64,000 nt of DNA from Chiloscyllium plagiosum (lineage: Eukaryota). The notes under the pieces were generated by a model. It saw only the letters and a list, made by a program, of their open reading frames with translations. It was not told where the DNA came from and ran no database searches. The position numbers and the translations under genes are program-made. Shown one piece after another: positions 1 to 13,092 of the stretch. Every line of letters starts with the position of its first letter. The stretch's first letter is position 1. Location: NCBI RefSeq assembly GCF_004010195.1, contig NC_057752.1:3709639-3773638 (forward strand), read 5' to 3'.

Positions 1-981
1 AGTCTTAGCTTTTAAGCGGTTAGTCAACCAAATCTCCAGTACTGAAATCGAAGCAGCAAAGCGAGTCAGCCTGAACGTTCACCCTGATTAATCTTTCCCC
101 TTTCTAACTCAGCAACCTTTGCAAAAACATGTTGGGACACTGCCAAAAGCAAAGACACTGCCAACAGCTAATGTGTCCCACTGATGACATCCCTTTGCTT
201 TACCATCATTCCACACTAAACAATGATTTTTAAAAAAATTATCACAAAAGTCTTAGGCCTCAAACCTCTGTCTTTCAAATCAGCATACCTGCATTATTTA
301 CAATTAAAAGACTGGACGAACACATTGATGGGTAAAGAGACAGAAATATGAAACCATCAGTCCAATTCACTTCAATGGATGATTGGAGGCCGACTGGCAA
401 CTTTATCCCCTCTTCTAGAGATGGCTGTGGGGTTGCTTCTGTGTGTGATCTGCTAGTTTATTTTATTGTTTTACCTATGGCCTTCCTTCCTTCCTGTCAT
501 CAGCTGAGGTCAAGGGTCGCAGCCTTATTGTGAGCCTGGCACGATGAGTTCCAGTTACCTGTTACTTTGACTTGCCTGGCACCAGTATGTGGAAGTGCTG
601 CAGTGGGTAAATGTGATGTTGGCATTTCCTTGCTCTGCACTTGTCACAGCAGCAGTTCTATTAGCGTCAATTGGAAAAGCAGGCTCACAGACAATCGAGT
701 AACTGACCCGATGCCCTTAGTTTTTGACAGTCACCAGCAATGTGGGACCCACCTACAGTTCAGAAACAGCTTAAAAACAGCTTCTGGTCAGCTCCTAGAT
801 GGTTCATCCAAGTCCATCAGGCTAACTGAAAGAAAGAACTTGATTGGTATAGAATCTATGACCTGCTGATGTCCCTAAGTGCTTCAAAGTTAATTAAGTA
901 CTTTTATTTCATAGGGAACCTGGGAGCCTGACCCCACCCAGCCAGGCTGCTTCTATTGTTCCAACTTTAAAATAAAGGGAG

Positions 982-2000
982 GAGTCTGAGACGGTCCAGG
1001 TGAATTTGAGATCGAGGTGGAAGGTGTTGGTAAAGTGGATGAACTGCTCAACTTCCTCATGGGAGCACGAGGCAGCGCCGATACAGTCATCGATGTAGCG
1101 GAGGAAAAGGGGGTGGTGTCAGTGTAGCTGCGGAAGATGGACTGTTCCACATATCCAACGAAGAGGCAGGCATAGCTGGGGCCCATGCGGGTTCCCATGG
1201 CTACTCCTTTGGTTTGGAGGAAGTGGGAGGATTGGAAAGAGAAGTTGTTCAGGGTGAGGACCAGTTCAGTCAGTCGAAGGAGGGTGTCAGTGGAACTGGT
1301 TGGGTCGGCGCGATAGGAAGAAGCGGAGGGCTTTGAGTCCTTCATGATGGGGGATGGAGGTGTACAGGGACTGGATGTCCATGGTGAAGATAAAGTGTTG
1401 GGGACCGGGGAAGCGAAAATCATGGAGGAGGTGGAGGGCGTTGGTGGTGTCCCGAACATAGATGGGGAGTTCTTGGACATAGGGAGACAGGACTGTGTCG
1501 AGGTATGCAGAGATGAGTTCGGTGGGGCAGGAGCAGGCTGAGACGATGGGTCGTCCGGGGCAGTCAGGTTTGTGGATTTTGGACAGGAGGTAGAAACGGG
1601 CGGTGCGGGGTTGTGGGACTATGAGGTTGGAGGCGGTGGATGGGAGATCCCCTGAGGTGATGAGGTTATGGACGGTCTGGGAGATGATGGTTTGGTGGTG
1701 GGAGGTGGGGTCATGGTCAAGGGGGCAGTAGGAGGAGGTGTCCGCGAGCTGGCGTTTAGCCTCAGCGGTGTAAAGGTCGGTGCGCCAAACTACTACCACG
1801 CCTCCCTTGTCTGCTGGTTTGATGGTGAGGTTTGGGTTGGAATGGAGGGAGTGGAGGGCTGCACCACGGCGGCAGTTGGCTATGAAGAGATCGAGGCCGG
1901 GTAAGAGGCCAGCACGGGGTGTCCAGGTGGATGGGGTGTGTTGGAGGCGGGAGAAGGGGTCGTCCGCGGCGGCAGTTGGCTATGAAGAGATCGAGGGCGG
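982..2000 (-). mobile_element. Penelope-like retroelement, decayed reverse-transcriptase fragment
   Basis: Minus-strand ORFs 1287-1799 and 953-1480 give PRTARFYLLSKIHKPDCPGRPIVSACSCPTE, FTMDIQSLYTSIPH and GVAMGTRMGPSYACLFVG, typical PLE RT motifs; frameshifted. Confidence 0.9.
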
Positions 2001-2029
2001 GTACAGTTAAACAAGATGGTGCCTGCAAC

Positions 2030-2158
2030 CTTTCCTCATTCCTGATGAAGGGCTCTGGCCTGAAACGTCGATTTTCCTGGTCCTTGGATGCTGCCTGACC
2101 TGCTGCGCTTTTCCAGCACCACACTCTCAACTCTGATCTCCAGCATCTGCAGTCCTCC
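2030..2158 (+). mobile_element. Penelope-like terminal repeat (pLTR) fragment
   Basis: Same ~130-bp sequence (tcattcctgatgaaggg...ctgcctgacctgctg...ccagcatctgcag) recurs at 8.8, 46.9 and 63.2 kb; inverted partial copy at 2243-2306. Confidence 0.8.
2042..2069 (+). ncRNA. Minimal hammerhead ribozyme motif (PLE type)
   Basis: CTGATGA-A-GGGCTCTGGCCT-GAAAC-GTC: conserved CUGANGA/GAAA core, short stem II, palindromic ACGT stem III, GUC triplet. Confidence 0.7.
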
Positions 2159-2320
2159 TACAACCCTTGTCATGAGCAGCTCTTCCGACAGTGTAATAAG
2201 GGACATGTCCATTCAACAGGTGTTACAGAAACCACAATGCAGGGAGTGTGGTGCTGGAAAAGCACAGGTCAGGCAGCATCCGAGAAGCAGGAGAGTCGAC
2301 GTTTCATACAGCTCTTGACT

Positions 2321-2635
2321 CACGGTGGCACAGTGGTTAGCACTGCTGCCTCACAGCGCCAGACACCCGGGTTCAATTCCCGCCTCGGGCGACTGACTGT
2401 GTGGAGTTTGCACGTTCTCCCCGTGTCTGCGTGGGTTTCCTCCGGGTGCTCTGGTTTCCTCCCACAGTCCAAAGGTGTGCAGGTCAGGTGAATTGGCCGT
2501 GCTAAATTTCCCGTAGTGTTAGGTGAAACGGTAAGTGTAGGGGAATGGGTCTGAGTGGGTTGCTCTTCGGAGGGTCAGTGTGGACTTGTTGGGCCGAAGG
2601 GCCTGTTTCCACACTGTCAGTAATCTAATCGAATC
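2321..2635 (+). mobile_element. tRNA-derived SINE, HE1/V-SINE-like
   Basis: A-box TGGCACAGTGG, B-box GGTTCAATTCC, V core ctgtgtggagtttgcacgttctccccgtgtctgcgtggg, CR1-like tail gggccgaagggcctgtttccac, (TAATC)n end. Confidence 0.85.
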
Positions 2636-3543
2636 TGTAGCCCTCGCTTTTGCCATAATGTACCTCGGCCTTTCAGTGACCACTGAAATAAAAACCCCAC
2701 TCCATGCCTGAAAATCAAACTGAATTCAAAGCAGAAAGGGTGGTTCAGGATGACGGCTGGATCCTCCACATCCATTGCCTCTCGGAGCTGCCGTGATGAG
2801 GCGCTTTCTGAATGTGAAAGCAGAAGTGGTTGAATCAGAGCTGCCAGAGTGAGCAGGCTGCTGCAAAGCCAGAGGAAGGGTTTGAAGGAAATGACAATTA
2901 GTTGAATGGGATCATGTTGGTGTTCTATAACTGAGTGACTGCACTGATGTTCCGTTGCCTGCAAAATGCCAGTCTGCTTGCAGGCAGTCTAATTGAATAA
3001 ATTCATTCAAATTAATGCTTGTCTTGATCCTTGGATCAGTCACTTGCAGCGCTGGGCTTGTTCCTGAGGAGCAACGAGTGCTGCTTGAGATCAGATCGTT
3101 CTGTCGACAGCCTAAAGGTCATGGAGCCTCCGTTTTCCAGACCAAAGTGGGATTAAATGTGAAATATAATCATGCTTAAAATGGCATCCGAAGACAGCAT
3201 TTTTAGTGCAAAAACCATTCGTTTCTCAAAGGATCCCTTGAATCCGACTCCTGCTCCATCCAGGGAAGAAAGGCCACCAATGATTTCGGTGAATTCGCCA
3301 TTCGGATTTCCCCTTCGACCTTCCTCGCCCTTGTGCCGGTTTGTGAGGAGTTATTGTTCGGCCTCCAATCCAAGTAAAAGGCTGTTCATTACACGCGAAG
3401 GTAAACAGCCAATGTGAACACTTGCTTGCACATATCCGAGCCATGGCCAAAGCTTTCCTCAGAGCTCGGTCAGCACTGGCTGGGCCAATATTGATTGCCT
3501 GTCCCCAGTTGGCCTTGAGAAAGTAATGGTGAGCCGCGTTCTT

Positions 3544-5308
3544 AGAACATAGAACATAGAAAAGTACAGCACAGAACAGGCCCTTTGGCCCACGATGTTG
3601 TGCCGAGATTTAATCCTAATGTAAAATAACTTAACCTACGCATCCCTCAACTCACTGCTATCCATGTGCATGTCTAGCAGTCGCTTAAGTGTCCCCAATG
3701 ACTGCTTCCACCACCACAGCTGGCAACGCATTCACCACTCTCTGCATAAAGAACTTTCCTCTGACATCTCCTCTATACCTTTCTCCTAATATCTTCAAAC
3801 TATGACTCCTCGTGCCAGTCAATCCTGCCCTGGGGAAAAGTCTCTGGTTAGTGACTCTATCTATTCCTCTCATTACTTTGTACACCTTGATCAGGTCTCC
3901 TCTCTTTCTCCTCTTCTCCAGAGAGAAAAGTCCGAGCTTATTCAGCCTTTCTTCATAAGGCAAGCCCTCCAGTCCAGGCAGCATCCTGGTAAACCTCCTT
4001 TGCACCCTCTCCAAAGCCTCTGTATCTTTCCTATAGTAGGGCGACCAGAACTGGACACAATATTCCAAGTGTGGCCTCACCAGGGACTTGTAGAGCTGCA
4101 GCATAACCTCGCGGCTCTTAAACTCGATCCCCCTGTTAATGAAAGCCAAAACACCATATGCTTTCTTAACAACCCTATCCACTTGGGTGGCAACTTTGAG
4201 GGATCTGTGTACTTGCACACCCAGATCCCTCTGTTCCTCCACACTGCCAAGAATCCTGTCTTTAATCCTATATTCAGCATTCGTGTTCGACCTTCCAAAA
4301 TGCATCACCTCTCATTTACCCAGTCTGAACTCCATCTGCCATTTCTCAGCCCAGCTCTGCATCCTGCCTATGTTGTGCTGCAGCCTGCAATGGCCCTTGA
4401 TACTATCAACAGCACCTCCAACCTTTGTGCCATCTGCAAATTTACTAACCCACCCCTCAATCTCCTCATCCAAGTCATTTATAAAAACTACAAAGAGCAG
4501 AGGCCCAAGAACAGAGCCCTGCGGGACCCCACTCAACACCGTCCTCCAGGCAGAATACTTTCCATCTATAACCACTCTCTGCCTTCTGTTAGCCAGCCAA
4601 TTCTGAATCCAGACAGCCAAATCTCCCTGTATCCCATACTTCTTGACTTTATGAATGAGCCTACCCATGGGGAACCTTATCAAATGCCTTGCTGAAGTCC
4701 ATATATACTGGTCGACCTTCATCGACCTGTCTTGACACCTCCTCAAAGAACGCAATAAGATTTGTGAGGCATGACCTGCCCCTCACAAAGCCTTGCTGAC
4801 TGTCATTAATCACACTCTGCTTTGCCAAATAGTCATAAATCTTATCCCTCAGAATTCTTTCCAAAACTTTGCTGACCACAGATGTAAGACTGACTGGTCT
4901 GTAATTGTCAGGGATTTCCCTATTACATTCGCCTCCTTCCAATCCTCCGGTAGGATTCCCGTGGAGAGTGAGGAGGCAAATATCCTCACCAGCGGCTTAG
5001 CAATCTCCTTTCTCGCTTCCCAGAGCAGCCTAGGGTAAATCTGCTCTGGCCCTGGGGACTTATCAATCTTAATGTTTGCCAAAATTTCCAGCACATCAAC
5101 TTCATCAATCGTGATCTGATAAAGCCTGTATCCCAGCTCCTCTAAGTTTTCATTTACAACAAAGCCCCTTTCCTTGGTGAAAACCGAAGCAAAAGACTCG
5201 TTTAGGGCTTCTCCTATCTGCTCAGACCGGACGCACAAGTTCCCTCCGCTATCCCTGATCGGTCCCACCTTCTCCCTGATCATTCTCTTATTCCTCACGT
5301 ATGAGTAA
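3544..5308 (-). mobile_element. CR1-clade LINE, 5'-truncated ORF2 (RT) and 3' UTR
   Basis: ORFs with [61 protein letters not shown]; (agaacat)n tail at 3544. Confidence 0.92.
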
Positions 5309-5349
5309 AATGGACCAGCTTGGCTAGGGGAGCGGCAAGGTTGGGAGCA

Positions 5350-5628
5350 CAAGCCTTCAGTACACTTGCTGGAATGTTGTCAGGGCCCTTAGCCCTTGCA
5401 GTATCCAGTGTCTCCAACTGTTTCTTGGTATCATGTGGAGTGAATCAGATTGGCTGAAGATTGGTTTCTGTGATGTTGGGGACCACTGGAGGGGGCCGAG
5501 ATGGATCATCCACTCAGCACTTCTGGCTGAAGATTGCTGTGAAAGCCTCAGCCTTATCATTTGCACTGCTGTGTTGGGCTCTTCCATCATTGAGGATGGG
5601 GATATTTGTGGAGCCGCCTCCTCCAGTT
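5350..5628 (-). mobile_element. LINE ORF2 fragment (CR1/L2-related, different family)
   Basis: Minus-strand translation resembles the EN-RT tether (QPIxFTPHDTKKQLETLDTARAKGPDNIP). Confidence 0.6.
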
Positions 5629-6737
5629 GAGATATCTGGTCGGCATGGACGAGTTGGACCGAAGGGTCTGTTTCCGTGCTGTACCTATGCTCTGAGTCCC
5701 TGGTGTGTACAGGAAGGAACAGTGGTAACTAGAGAGGGTGATTCAATGTGATGTAGCTACGGACAGGTAAAGTGTTGTGTCCTGGTTGTGAAATAGCAAT
5801 TAAGATGGGGCTGGATATGTGAGAAAGTGTCAGCTATGCGAGCCAGCCTGTGTGCCATGAGCAGTGAGACTCTGTGGCTGTTGTGCCATGACGTTGCCAG
5901 TCAGGGGTTAGGCCAGACTGCCAACCCTTATCCAGATGCACAGCAGCCTCTTGGAAATGGTGACGGCACCCAGGATGCTGATCTTTCAGCAGATATCCAC
6001 TGAGTGGGGTGACTGGGCAGCCACTGAGGCAGGTTTGGTACAGCATTGCAGTGAAAAAGAAAACTCAACACAACTGCACTTAGACAAAAGAAGTTAGGAT
6101 TCAGCCCGGCTCGCATTTCTGCAGTGCTACGCTCAGCGCTAATGTACTTTCTGTGCACGCATCTTGGAAATAAGATTCAAACCAGCATCCTTCTGAATCC
6201 AGAGGCAGACAAGGTACCTGGTGAACATGTGCAAAGCTTTACGAGAGATTATACAGTAAAACTTTCTTGCATTTCCACTTCAGTGGAGAGATTAATGTCA
6301 GCTGGCAGACTCAAAAGTGAAATTCTTCGCTCCATTTTCCAAAGAAAATGTATGGAGAGGATTATTTTTAAAGTTGGCTGTCTCATTTTCTGCTTCTGCT
6401 GGACAAAATGCAATTAGTCTCATTGTTAATTGTTCTGGTTATTTAATTTAAGCCAGGCATATGGAATACTAACTGCTGGACGTGACAGAGAATGCACAGC
6501 ATTCAGAAAGCTTTTGTAACAATATGAATTCTGCATTGCTCTTTCTTTGATGCAAATATCTACCATTCTAATTTGGCCCTGCCTGCTTCATTGAAGTAGA
6601 AGTACAGAAATAGGCATATCGAAGGATGAACACTAAATAAGGTATTTATAAATAGTCTCTGTTGAGAGAAATTATGAAAGTTGAGAAGGTCAACACCTGA
6701 AAGGGGAGCGATGGCTGGGACCAGGGCCCTGACTAAT

Positions 6738-7015
6738 TAGATTAGATTCCCTACAGTATGGAAACAGGCCCTTCGGCCCAACCAGTCCACACCGACCCTC
6801 CAAAGAGTAACCCACCCAGACCCATTTCCCTCTGACTAATGCTATGGGCAACTTAGCATGGCCAATTCACCTGACCTGCACATCTTTGGATTGTGGGAGG
6901 AAACCCGCGCAGAATGTGCAAACTCCACACAGACAGTCGCCTGAGGCTGAGGGTCGAACCTGGGACCCTGGTGCTATGAGGCAGCAGTGCTAGCCACTGA
7001 GCCACCGTGCCACCC
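6738..7015 (-). mobile_element. HE1/V-SINE-like
   Basis: Reverse complement of the SINE at 2321. Confidence 0.85.
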
Positions 7016-7030
7016 GAATCAAATAACTAA

Positions 7031-7240
7031 AGTCATAGAGTTATACAGCACAGAAACAGACCCTTCGGTCCATGCCGACCAGATATCCTAAATTAATCTC
7101 GTCCCATTTGCCAGCACCCGGCCCATATCCCTCCAAACCCTTCCTATTCATATCCCCATCCAGATGCCTTTTAAATGCTGTAATTGTACCAGCCTCCACC
7201 ACTTTCCCATCCCATACACACACCACCCTTTGGGTGACAA
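7031..7240 (-). mobile_element. CR1 LINE 3' end
   Basis: VVEAGTITAFKRHLDGDMNRKGLEGYGP plus CR1 3' UTR. Confidence 0.85.
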
Positions 7241-8518
7241 AGTTGAAGAATTATTAGAACTTGTTGCAACTCTTTTTGTAGAAAATGAGGTTCTTTCTTT
7301 CTGATTGTAAGTGCAACCCTCTGGAATTTAGCCAGTGGAACCCTCATGATCCAGCTGACTGGAGTGTAATAGTGTTCCTGGGCCTATTTTATCTTCCTTT
7401 GTTTAAGGTGCAGCCCTTCAAAACATGACATCAATAGTAGCTACTATTTAATTAAATTATATCCTTTTGAATTAGCAAGTAGGGCCATGATTGAAGTTTA
7501 ATGGTGTTGGTTCTGCAGTTAACAGTGATCGGTACAAATTGTTGCTCCTTCTAAAGCATTTGATGTTCAGGATTTCAAACAGAGATCTGTTTCAAGGGGG
7601 GGGGTAGGTATGCAAACATTTGTTAACAGAGATGCTGGTGATCAAGGGCTTCCAGCCTCTTCTCCTTTCAGCTGTTTGTTTCCATTAGTAGATGTCAAAA
7701 TTGATGAGTTCCTTTGTGTTGCGTTCCAAATGTCAAATTGCTTCTTGTTGCGCCTGCTTTCAGTTGAAAACAGGTACAAACAGTGGGAAGCGTGCTGTTG
7801 TTGCTTGTGAGTCCAAAGTAACATCTTTATGGCTTAGCTACAGTGGAACACAGGCACAATAAATGCGTGCATTGCAAAATCTTATTCTATTTTCGCTCTT
7901 CTTTACCTCGACTCTGAGTGTGACTGTAACTTGATTTAAAGTAGTCAGGACAACCCTAAAAGCTCTTTGCCTGCTGTGGCCCTTTTCAGTCAGGCAGATC
8001 TGATCTCTTTCTGCCTCTCCCTCTCTCTCTCTCTGTCAAAGAAAATCAATTTGCATTAGTCAGGCTGGATTGCGTTTGTGCACAGAGCACATGAGGTTCA
8101 CGGCGAATTTTCTTTTGAAAGTGAGACCTGTTTTTGTGAACTTTCGCTTGCGGTGCCAACAGTTATTAAAAGGTGGCAAAGAGTCACATGCCTGCTAAGC
8201 AGCAGCGCCCACGAAGGTGCACTGTTAATGGAGCACTTTCGATGTATAAAGCAAAATTCGGCAGTGAGCCACATAAAAATGTCGACACACAAACCAAAAA
8301 TAAGCAATTCAGTCCCTCATGCCTGCTCCACCTTCAGTAACATTGCGGCTAATCTGATTGTGGTCTCAAATCCACAATCCCATCTTCCCCTGGTAACCGT
8401 TCACCCCTTGCTTAACAAGAACCTACCTCTCTGTGTCTTAAAAATATCCAAGGACTCTGGATATTTTCAGGAAGAGAGTTCCAAAAATGCACAATCTTCT
8501 GAGAGAAAAGAACGGCAG

Positions 8519-9957
8519 ACGGTAGTCCATATGGATTTCGGTAAGGCCTTTGATAAGGTTCCACATGGTAGGCTGCTCTGGAAGGTTAGATCGCATGGAA
8601 TCCAGGAGGAGCTGGCAAATTGGATACACAATTGGCTTGATGGTAGGAAGCAGAGGGTAATAGTGGTAGGATGTTGAGAGTGTGGTGCTGGAAAAGCACA
8701 GCAGGTCAGGCAGCATCCGAGGAGCAGGAAAAATCGACATTTCAGGCCGGAGCCCTCCATCAGGATTCATCATCATCATTCCTGATGGAGGGATCCAGCT
8801 GGAAATGCTGATTTTCCTGCTCCTCGGATGCTGCCTGACCTGCTGCGCTTTTCCAGCACCACACTCTCAACTCTGATCTCCAGCATCTGCAGACCTCACT
8901 GTCTTAATAGTGGAAGGATGCTGGTCGGACTGGAGGCCTGTGACTAGTGGAGTGCCTCAGGGGTTGGTGCTGGGCCCATTACTGTTTGTTATCGATATCA
9001 ATGATTTGGATGAGAATGTACAAGGAAGGCATGATTAGTAAGTTTGCTGATGACACTAAAATAAGCGGTATCATGGACAGTGAGGAAGGTTATCAGAAAT
9101 TGCAGCAGGTCCTTGATCAGCTGGGGAAGTGGGCTGAGAAATGGCAAATGGAGTTTAATATAGACAAGGGTGAGGTCTTGCATTTTGGAAAGTCAGATCA
9201 AGGTAGGAGTGTTGTGGTGAATGGTAGGGCCTTAAGGAATGTAGAGGAACACAGGGACCTTGGAGTTCAGGTGCACAGTTCTCTGAAAGTAGAGTCACAG
9301 GTAGACAGGGCAGCGAAGGAGGCTTTTGGCACACTGGCCTTCATCAGTCAGGGCATTGAGTATAGAAGTTGGGAAGTTATGTTGCAGTTGTACAGGATGT
9401 TGGTGAGGCTGCACTTGGAGTATTGTGTTCAGTTTTGGTCACCTTGCTACAGGAAGGATGTTATTAAAGTGGAAAGAGTGCAGAAGGAATTTACAAGGAT
9501 GTTGCCTGGACTCAACAGAGTGAGTTATAGGGAGAGGTTGGACGAGCTAGGACTTTTTTCTTTAGAGTGTAGGAGACTGAGGGGGGACCTGATAGAAGTG
9601 TATAAGATCATGAGAGGCACGGATAGGGTGAATGCACTCAGTCTGTTTCCCAGGGTTGGGGAGTCGAGGATTAGAGGGCATCAGTTTAAGGTGAGAGGGG
9701 AAAGAATAAAAGGGAACCTGAGGGGCAACGTTTTTACACAGAGGGTGGTACGCATATGGAATGAGCTGCCAGCGGAAGTGGTTGAGGTGGGTACATTAAC
9801 ATCATTTAAAAGGCATTTGGACAAATACATGGATAGGAAAGGATATGGGCCAAGTGCAGGGAAATGGGGTTAGTGTGGATGGACATTTTGGTCGGCATGG
9901 ACCAGTTTGGGGCAAAGGACCTGTCTCCGTGCTGTCGGGCTCTATGATTTTATGACT
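8519..9957 (+). mobile_element. CR1 LINE RT fragment, interrupted by a PLE-terminus insertion
   Basis: [15 protein letters not shown], then ORF 8947-9873 with SKFADDTK, LEYCVQFWSP and RLRGDLIEVYKIM. Confidence 0.92.
8674..8905. mobile_element. Palindromic (head-to-head) Penelope pLTR insertion with 16-bp TSD
   Basis: ~90-bp inverted arms around a (tca)n spacer; flanked by taatagtggtaggatg / taatagtggaaggatg. Confidence 0.85.
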
Positions 9958-10259
9958 CAAAATTGCCTAACCTGTCTTTTAAATGGAGAATTGTTGATTT
10001 TTAAACAGGTAGGTCTTAAAGGGCATCTTTGGAGGAGGAGGGAGTGGTGGAGATGCTTTGGGAGAGAACTCCAATGTTTCAGGCCCAGGCAGTTGATGGC
10101 CCAGCCCCCAGCGGTGGAGGAGAGAGAGTTGGGAGTACACACAAGGTCAGAGCTGAGTTGCAGGGTTGGAGGAGGCGACAAAGCTGGGGTGAGATGAGGC
10201 TATGGGGGGGGGGGGGGGGGGGGGGGGTGAGGATTTCACTCTGATCCACAGTACCTGTA

Positions 10260-10930
10260 ACAACACTGAAATGGACTCGAATCTCATCTTGAAGTGCAGC
10301 TTGGGGACCAAGAGATTACTCCCACCAGGGACTTCTGCCTTTTGCTCTTTCTAGTTTCTATCCAGACTGACTCGAGGTCTTGACCCTCAGTGCCCATCCC
10401 ATGTCTCACTCCAGCACGGATCTATCCTTTACCAGCAAACTGACACGGCCTCCTTTCCCTCCTGCCTATCCTTCCTGAGTACCCGAGAGATATTCAATTC
10501 CCAAAGCCGAGTCTGCCTGTACCAACACCTCAGTAATCACCACCAAATCATACTCATTCATCGTTATTCACACTGTTAATCCATTCATTTTATTCTGAAC
10601 ACTTTGTGCATTCACACGTTCTGCCCCTTCCTTTGATTTTCCGCTAGCAATCAGCCTCATCACGAACCTGCACTCCTACTTTCGCTTTGAACTTTGATTT
10701 GCTAATTTTCCGTGCAACTGAACCCTGCATCCCCACTTATCGAGTTTAAAGTCCTATCTGACTGTGTCTCCCAAGTCTAAGGCTGGTGGCCTGATAATCC
10801 TGAACTACAGAGGCTAATGACCACCTCACGTTGGCTCGGAGCTGTCCTGACCCCAGTTCCACTTCATCCTCTGGCTCTTTGATGTTCCAACAAGAACCAT
10901 CTTCTCTTCCTTTCTGGCATTGAGGAACGG
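10260..10930 (-). mobile_element. Old, highly decayed CR1-like 5' region
   Basis: Resemblance to the reverse complement of CR1 endonuclease/ORF1 junction sequence; no ORF. Confidence 0.4.
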
Positions 10931-10934
10931 AAGC

Positions 10935-13092
10935 TGGATCAGCAACTCAGAGATACCCACACCCCCCTCTTGAACATCCCTCCCTCCCCCTTCCCTCTGA
11001 CTCCATCCTCTCTCCTGACCCACCACTTATTGTGTCTTCAATATCCCACCACTCTGACCTCCCACTCTCTGATGCTGAACGTTTTGGACTCAGCGAAGGT
11101 CTTTGTTTTAACCCTCTGAGTCCCCACCTCAATGGATTTCGGATATGACATGACATTGAACTCTACTTCTGTCACCGTCCCACAGACCCCTTCACTCACC
11201 TCGAACACACTCCCGCCACCTGGAGCCCTCCCTCTTGGCTTTTTACCTGCACTCGATCTGTTCAGTGAGAACTGTTGGCATGACATTGATTGTCTCAATT
11301 TCTCTCCCCCCCCCCCCCCAACTTACCCAATCCAACCTTGCTCCCTCCGAAATGGCTACACTCAGTGCTCTCAGATCAAGCTCTGACGTTGTCATCAAGC
11401 CTGCCGACCAGGGTGGGGCTGTTGTTGTCTGGCATTCTGACCTCGACATTGTGAAGGCTGCTCTGGTACCTCCTCCTGTCTCCTGCTGGACAATGACCCC
11501 CACCATGGAACACCAGGCCATTGTGTCCATGACGATCACCAACCTCATCACAGCCGGCGATAGCCTCCCAGCTCATAGTCTCCCCATGCTGCACCTCTAC
11601 CTCCTTTCTAAAACCCACAAACAGGACCGCTTGGATCGACCCATTGCTTCTGCCTGCTCCTTCCCCACAGAACTCACCTCTTCCCACCCTGGCCCATGGT
11701 TTTTCTCCCTTTGTCGAGTCCCTTCCCTCCATGATCTTCTGACATTTTAGGCCCAGTTGTAGCATTTTCAGTTGACAGGCCGCAGTGGCCTCCTGCATTG
11801 ATGTGCAATCCCTTGACATGTCCATCCCCCCCCCCATCAGGATGGTGTCAGGGTTCTCTGCTTCTTGCTGGAGCAAAGGCCTGAACTGCACCCACCCACC
11901 ACCACCCTCCTTCTTGGCTGAGCTTCTCCTCACCCTGAATAACTTCTCTTTTAACCCCTCTCATTTTCTTCAGGTTGAAAGTGTGGCCATGGATACCCAC
12001 ACAGGCCCCAGCAATGCCTGTCTCTTTGTGAGGTACATGGAACATTCCTTGTTGACATCATCGGTGCTGCCACCCTCTCTTGTCTGGAATTGGAAAAATT
12101 CGTCAATTGCGCTTCCAATTTCCAGCCCGCCCTCACCTTCACCTGGTCCATCACTGATCCTCCCTTCCCTTCCTCAACATCTCTGTTTCCATTTCTGGGG
12201 ATAGCCTGGCACCAATATCTACAAACCCACCGACTGCCATCGTTACCTCGACGTCAGAGGAACCTCGATTATCCAAAGGACATGGGCAGGGGGTATTTCG
12301 TTTGGTTAATCAAATTCCGGCTAACGTTGTTTCACCAAGTACTGGAACCTTGCCATCTTGCTGGATAATCCGATATTTGGATATTAGAATGCCAGATAAT
12401 CGAGGTTCCTGTGTATACATCCTCACACCCTGCTTCCTGGAAGGACTCCATCCCATTCTCCCAGTTCCTCCATCTCCACCGAACCTGTTGTGACGCTGCC
12501 ACCTTCCACAGGGGAGGCCTCAGAAATGTCCACCTTTTTCCTAAACTGAGGATTCCCTGCTACCGTGGTGGACAGGGCCCTCAGCCGGGTCCGACCCATC
12601 TTCCACACATCTGCCCTCATCCCTTGCCTTCCCTGCCGCAACAACGATAGGGTCCCCTGGTCCTCACTTACCACCCCACCAGCTTCCACATCCAAAGGAT
12701 TAAGCCGTCATTTCCAACAGGATGCTACCACCAGATACTTATTCCCCTCCCCTCCCTCATCAGCATTCCATGTGGATTGCTCGCTTTAGTACGCTCTGGT
12801 CAACTCCTCCTCCATTCCCAAAATTTCCTCACACCCCAACAGCATCTTCTCAGGCAACTGCAGAAAGTGTAATACCTGTCCGTTTACTTCCTCCCACCTC
12901 AGTATCCAAGGGTCTAAACACACCTTCCAGGTGAAACAGTGAGTTACCCGCACGTCATTCAATCTAACCGACTGTCTTCGCAGTTTACACTGCAGTCTCC
13001 TCGACACTGGGGAGAGGAACCACAGACTGGGTGACCACTTTGCAGAACACCGTTGTTCACACCACAAAGGTGACCCTGGGCTTACAGTTGCT
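10935..13092 (+). mobile_element. Decayed Penelope-like element (RT through start of GIY-YIG)
   Basis: VVIKPADQGGAVVVW, LLSKTHKQDRLDRPIAS, LTLNNFSFN, YTSSHPASWKDSIPFSQFLHLHRTC; many frameshifts. Confidence 0.88.
12255..12413. mobile_element. Tc1/mariner(pogo)-like MITE inserted in the PLE
   Basis: TIRs CAGAGGAACCTCGATTATC ... GATAATCGAGGTTCCTGTG followed by TA; interrupts the PLE YLD|YTSSHP motif. Confidence 0.75.

Noticed and set aside
136..164. Two gacactgccaa copies complementary to the miR-34 seed region
   Set aside because: An 11-bp local duplication explains it; no pre-miRNA-length hairpin and no evidence of a 3' UTR
1868..1997. ~30-bp direct repeat 100 bp apart
   Set aside because: Internal duplication in a decayed PLE
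2321..2390. tRNA-like A/B boxes here and in other SINE heads
   Set aside because: SINE heads followed by V core and LINE tail, not tRNA genes
10204..10227. Poly-G run / G-quadruplex candidate
   Set aside because: Simple homopolymer at a repeat junction; length unreliable
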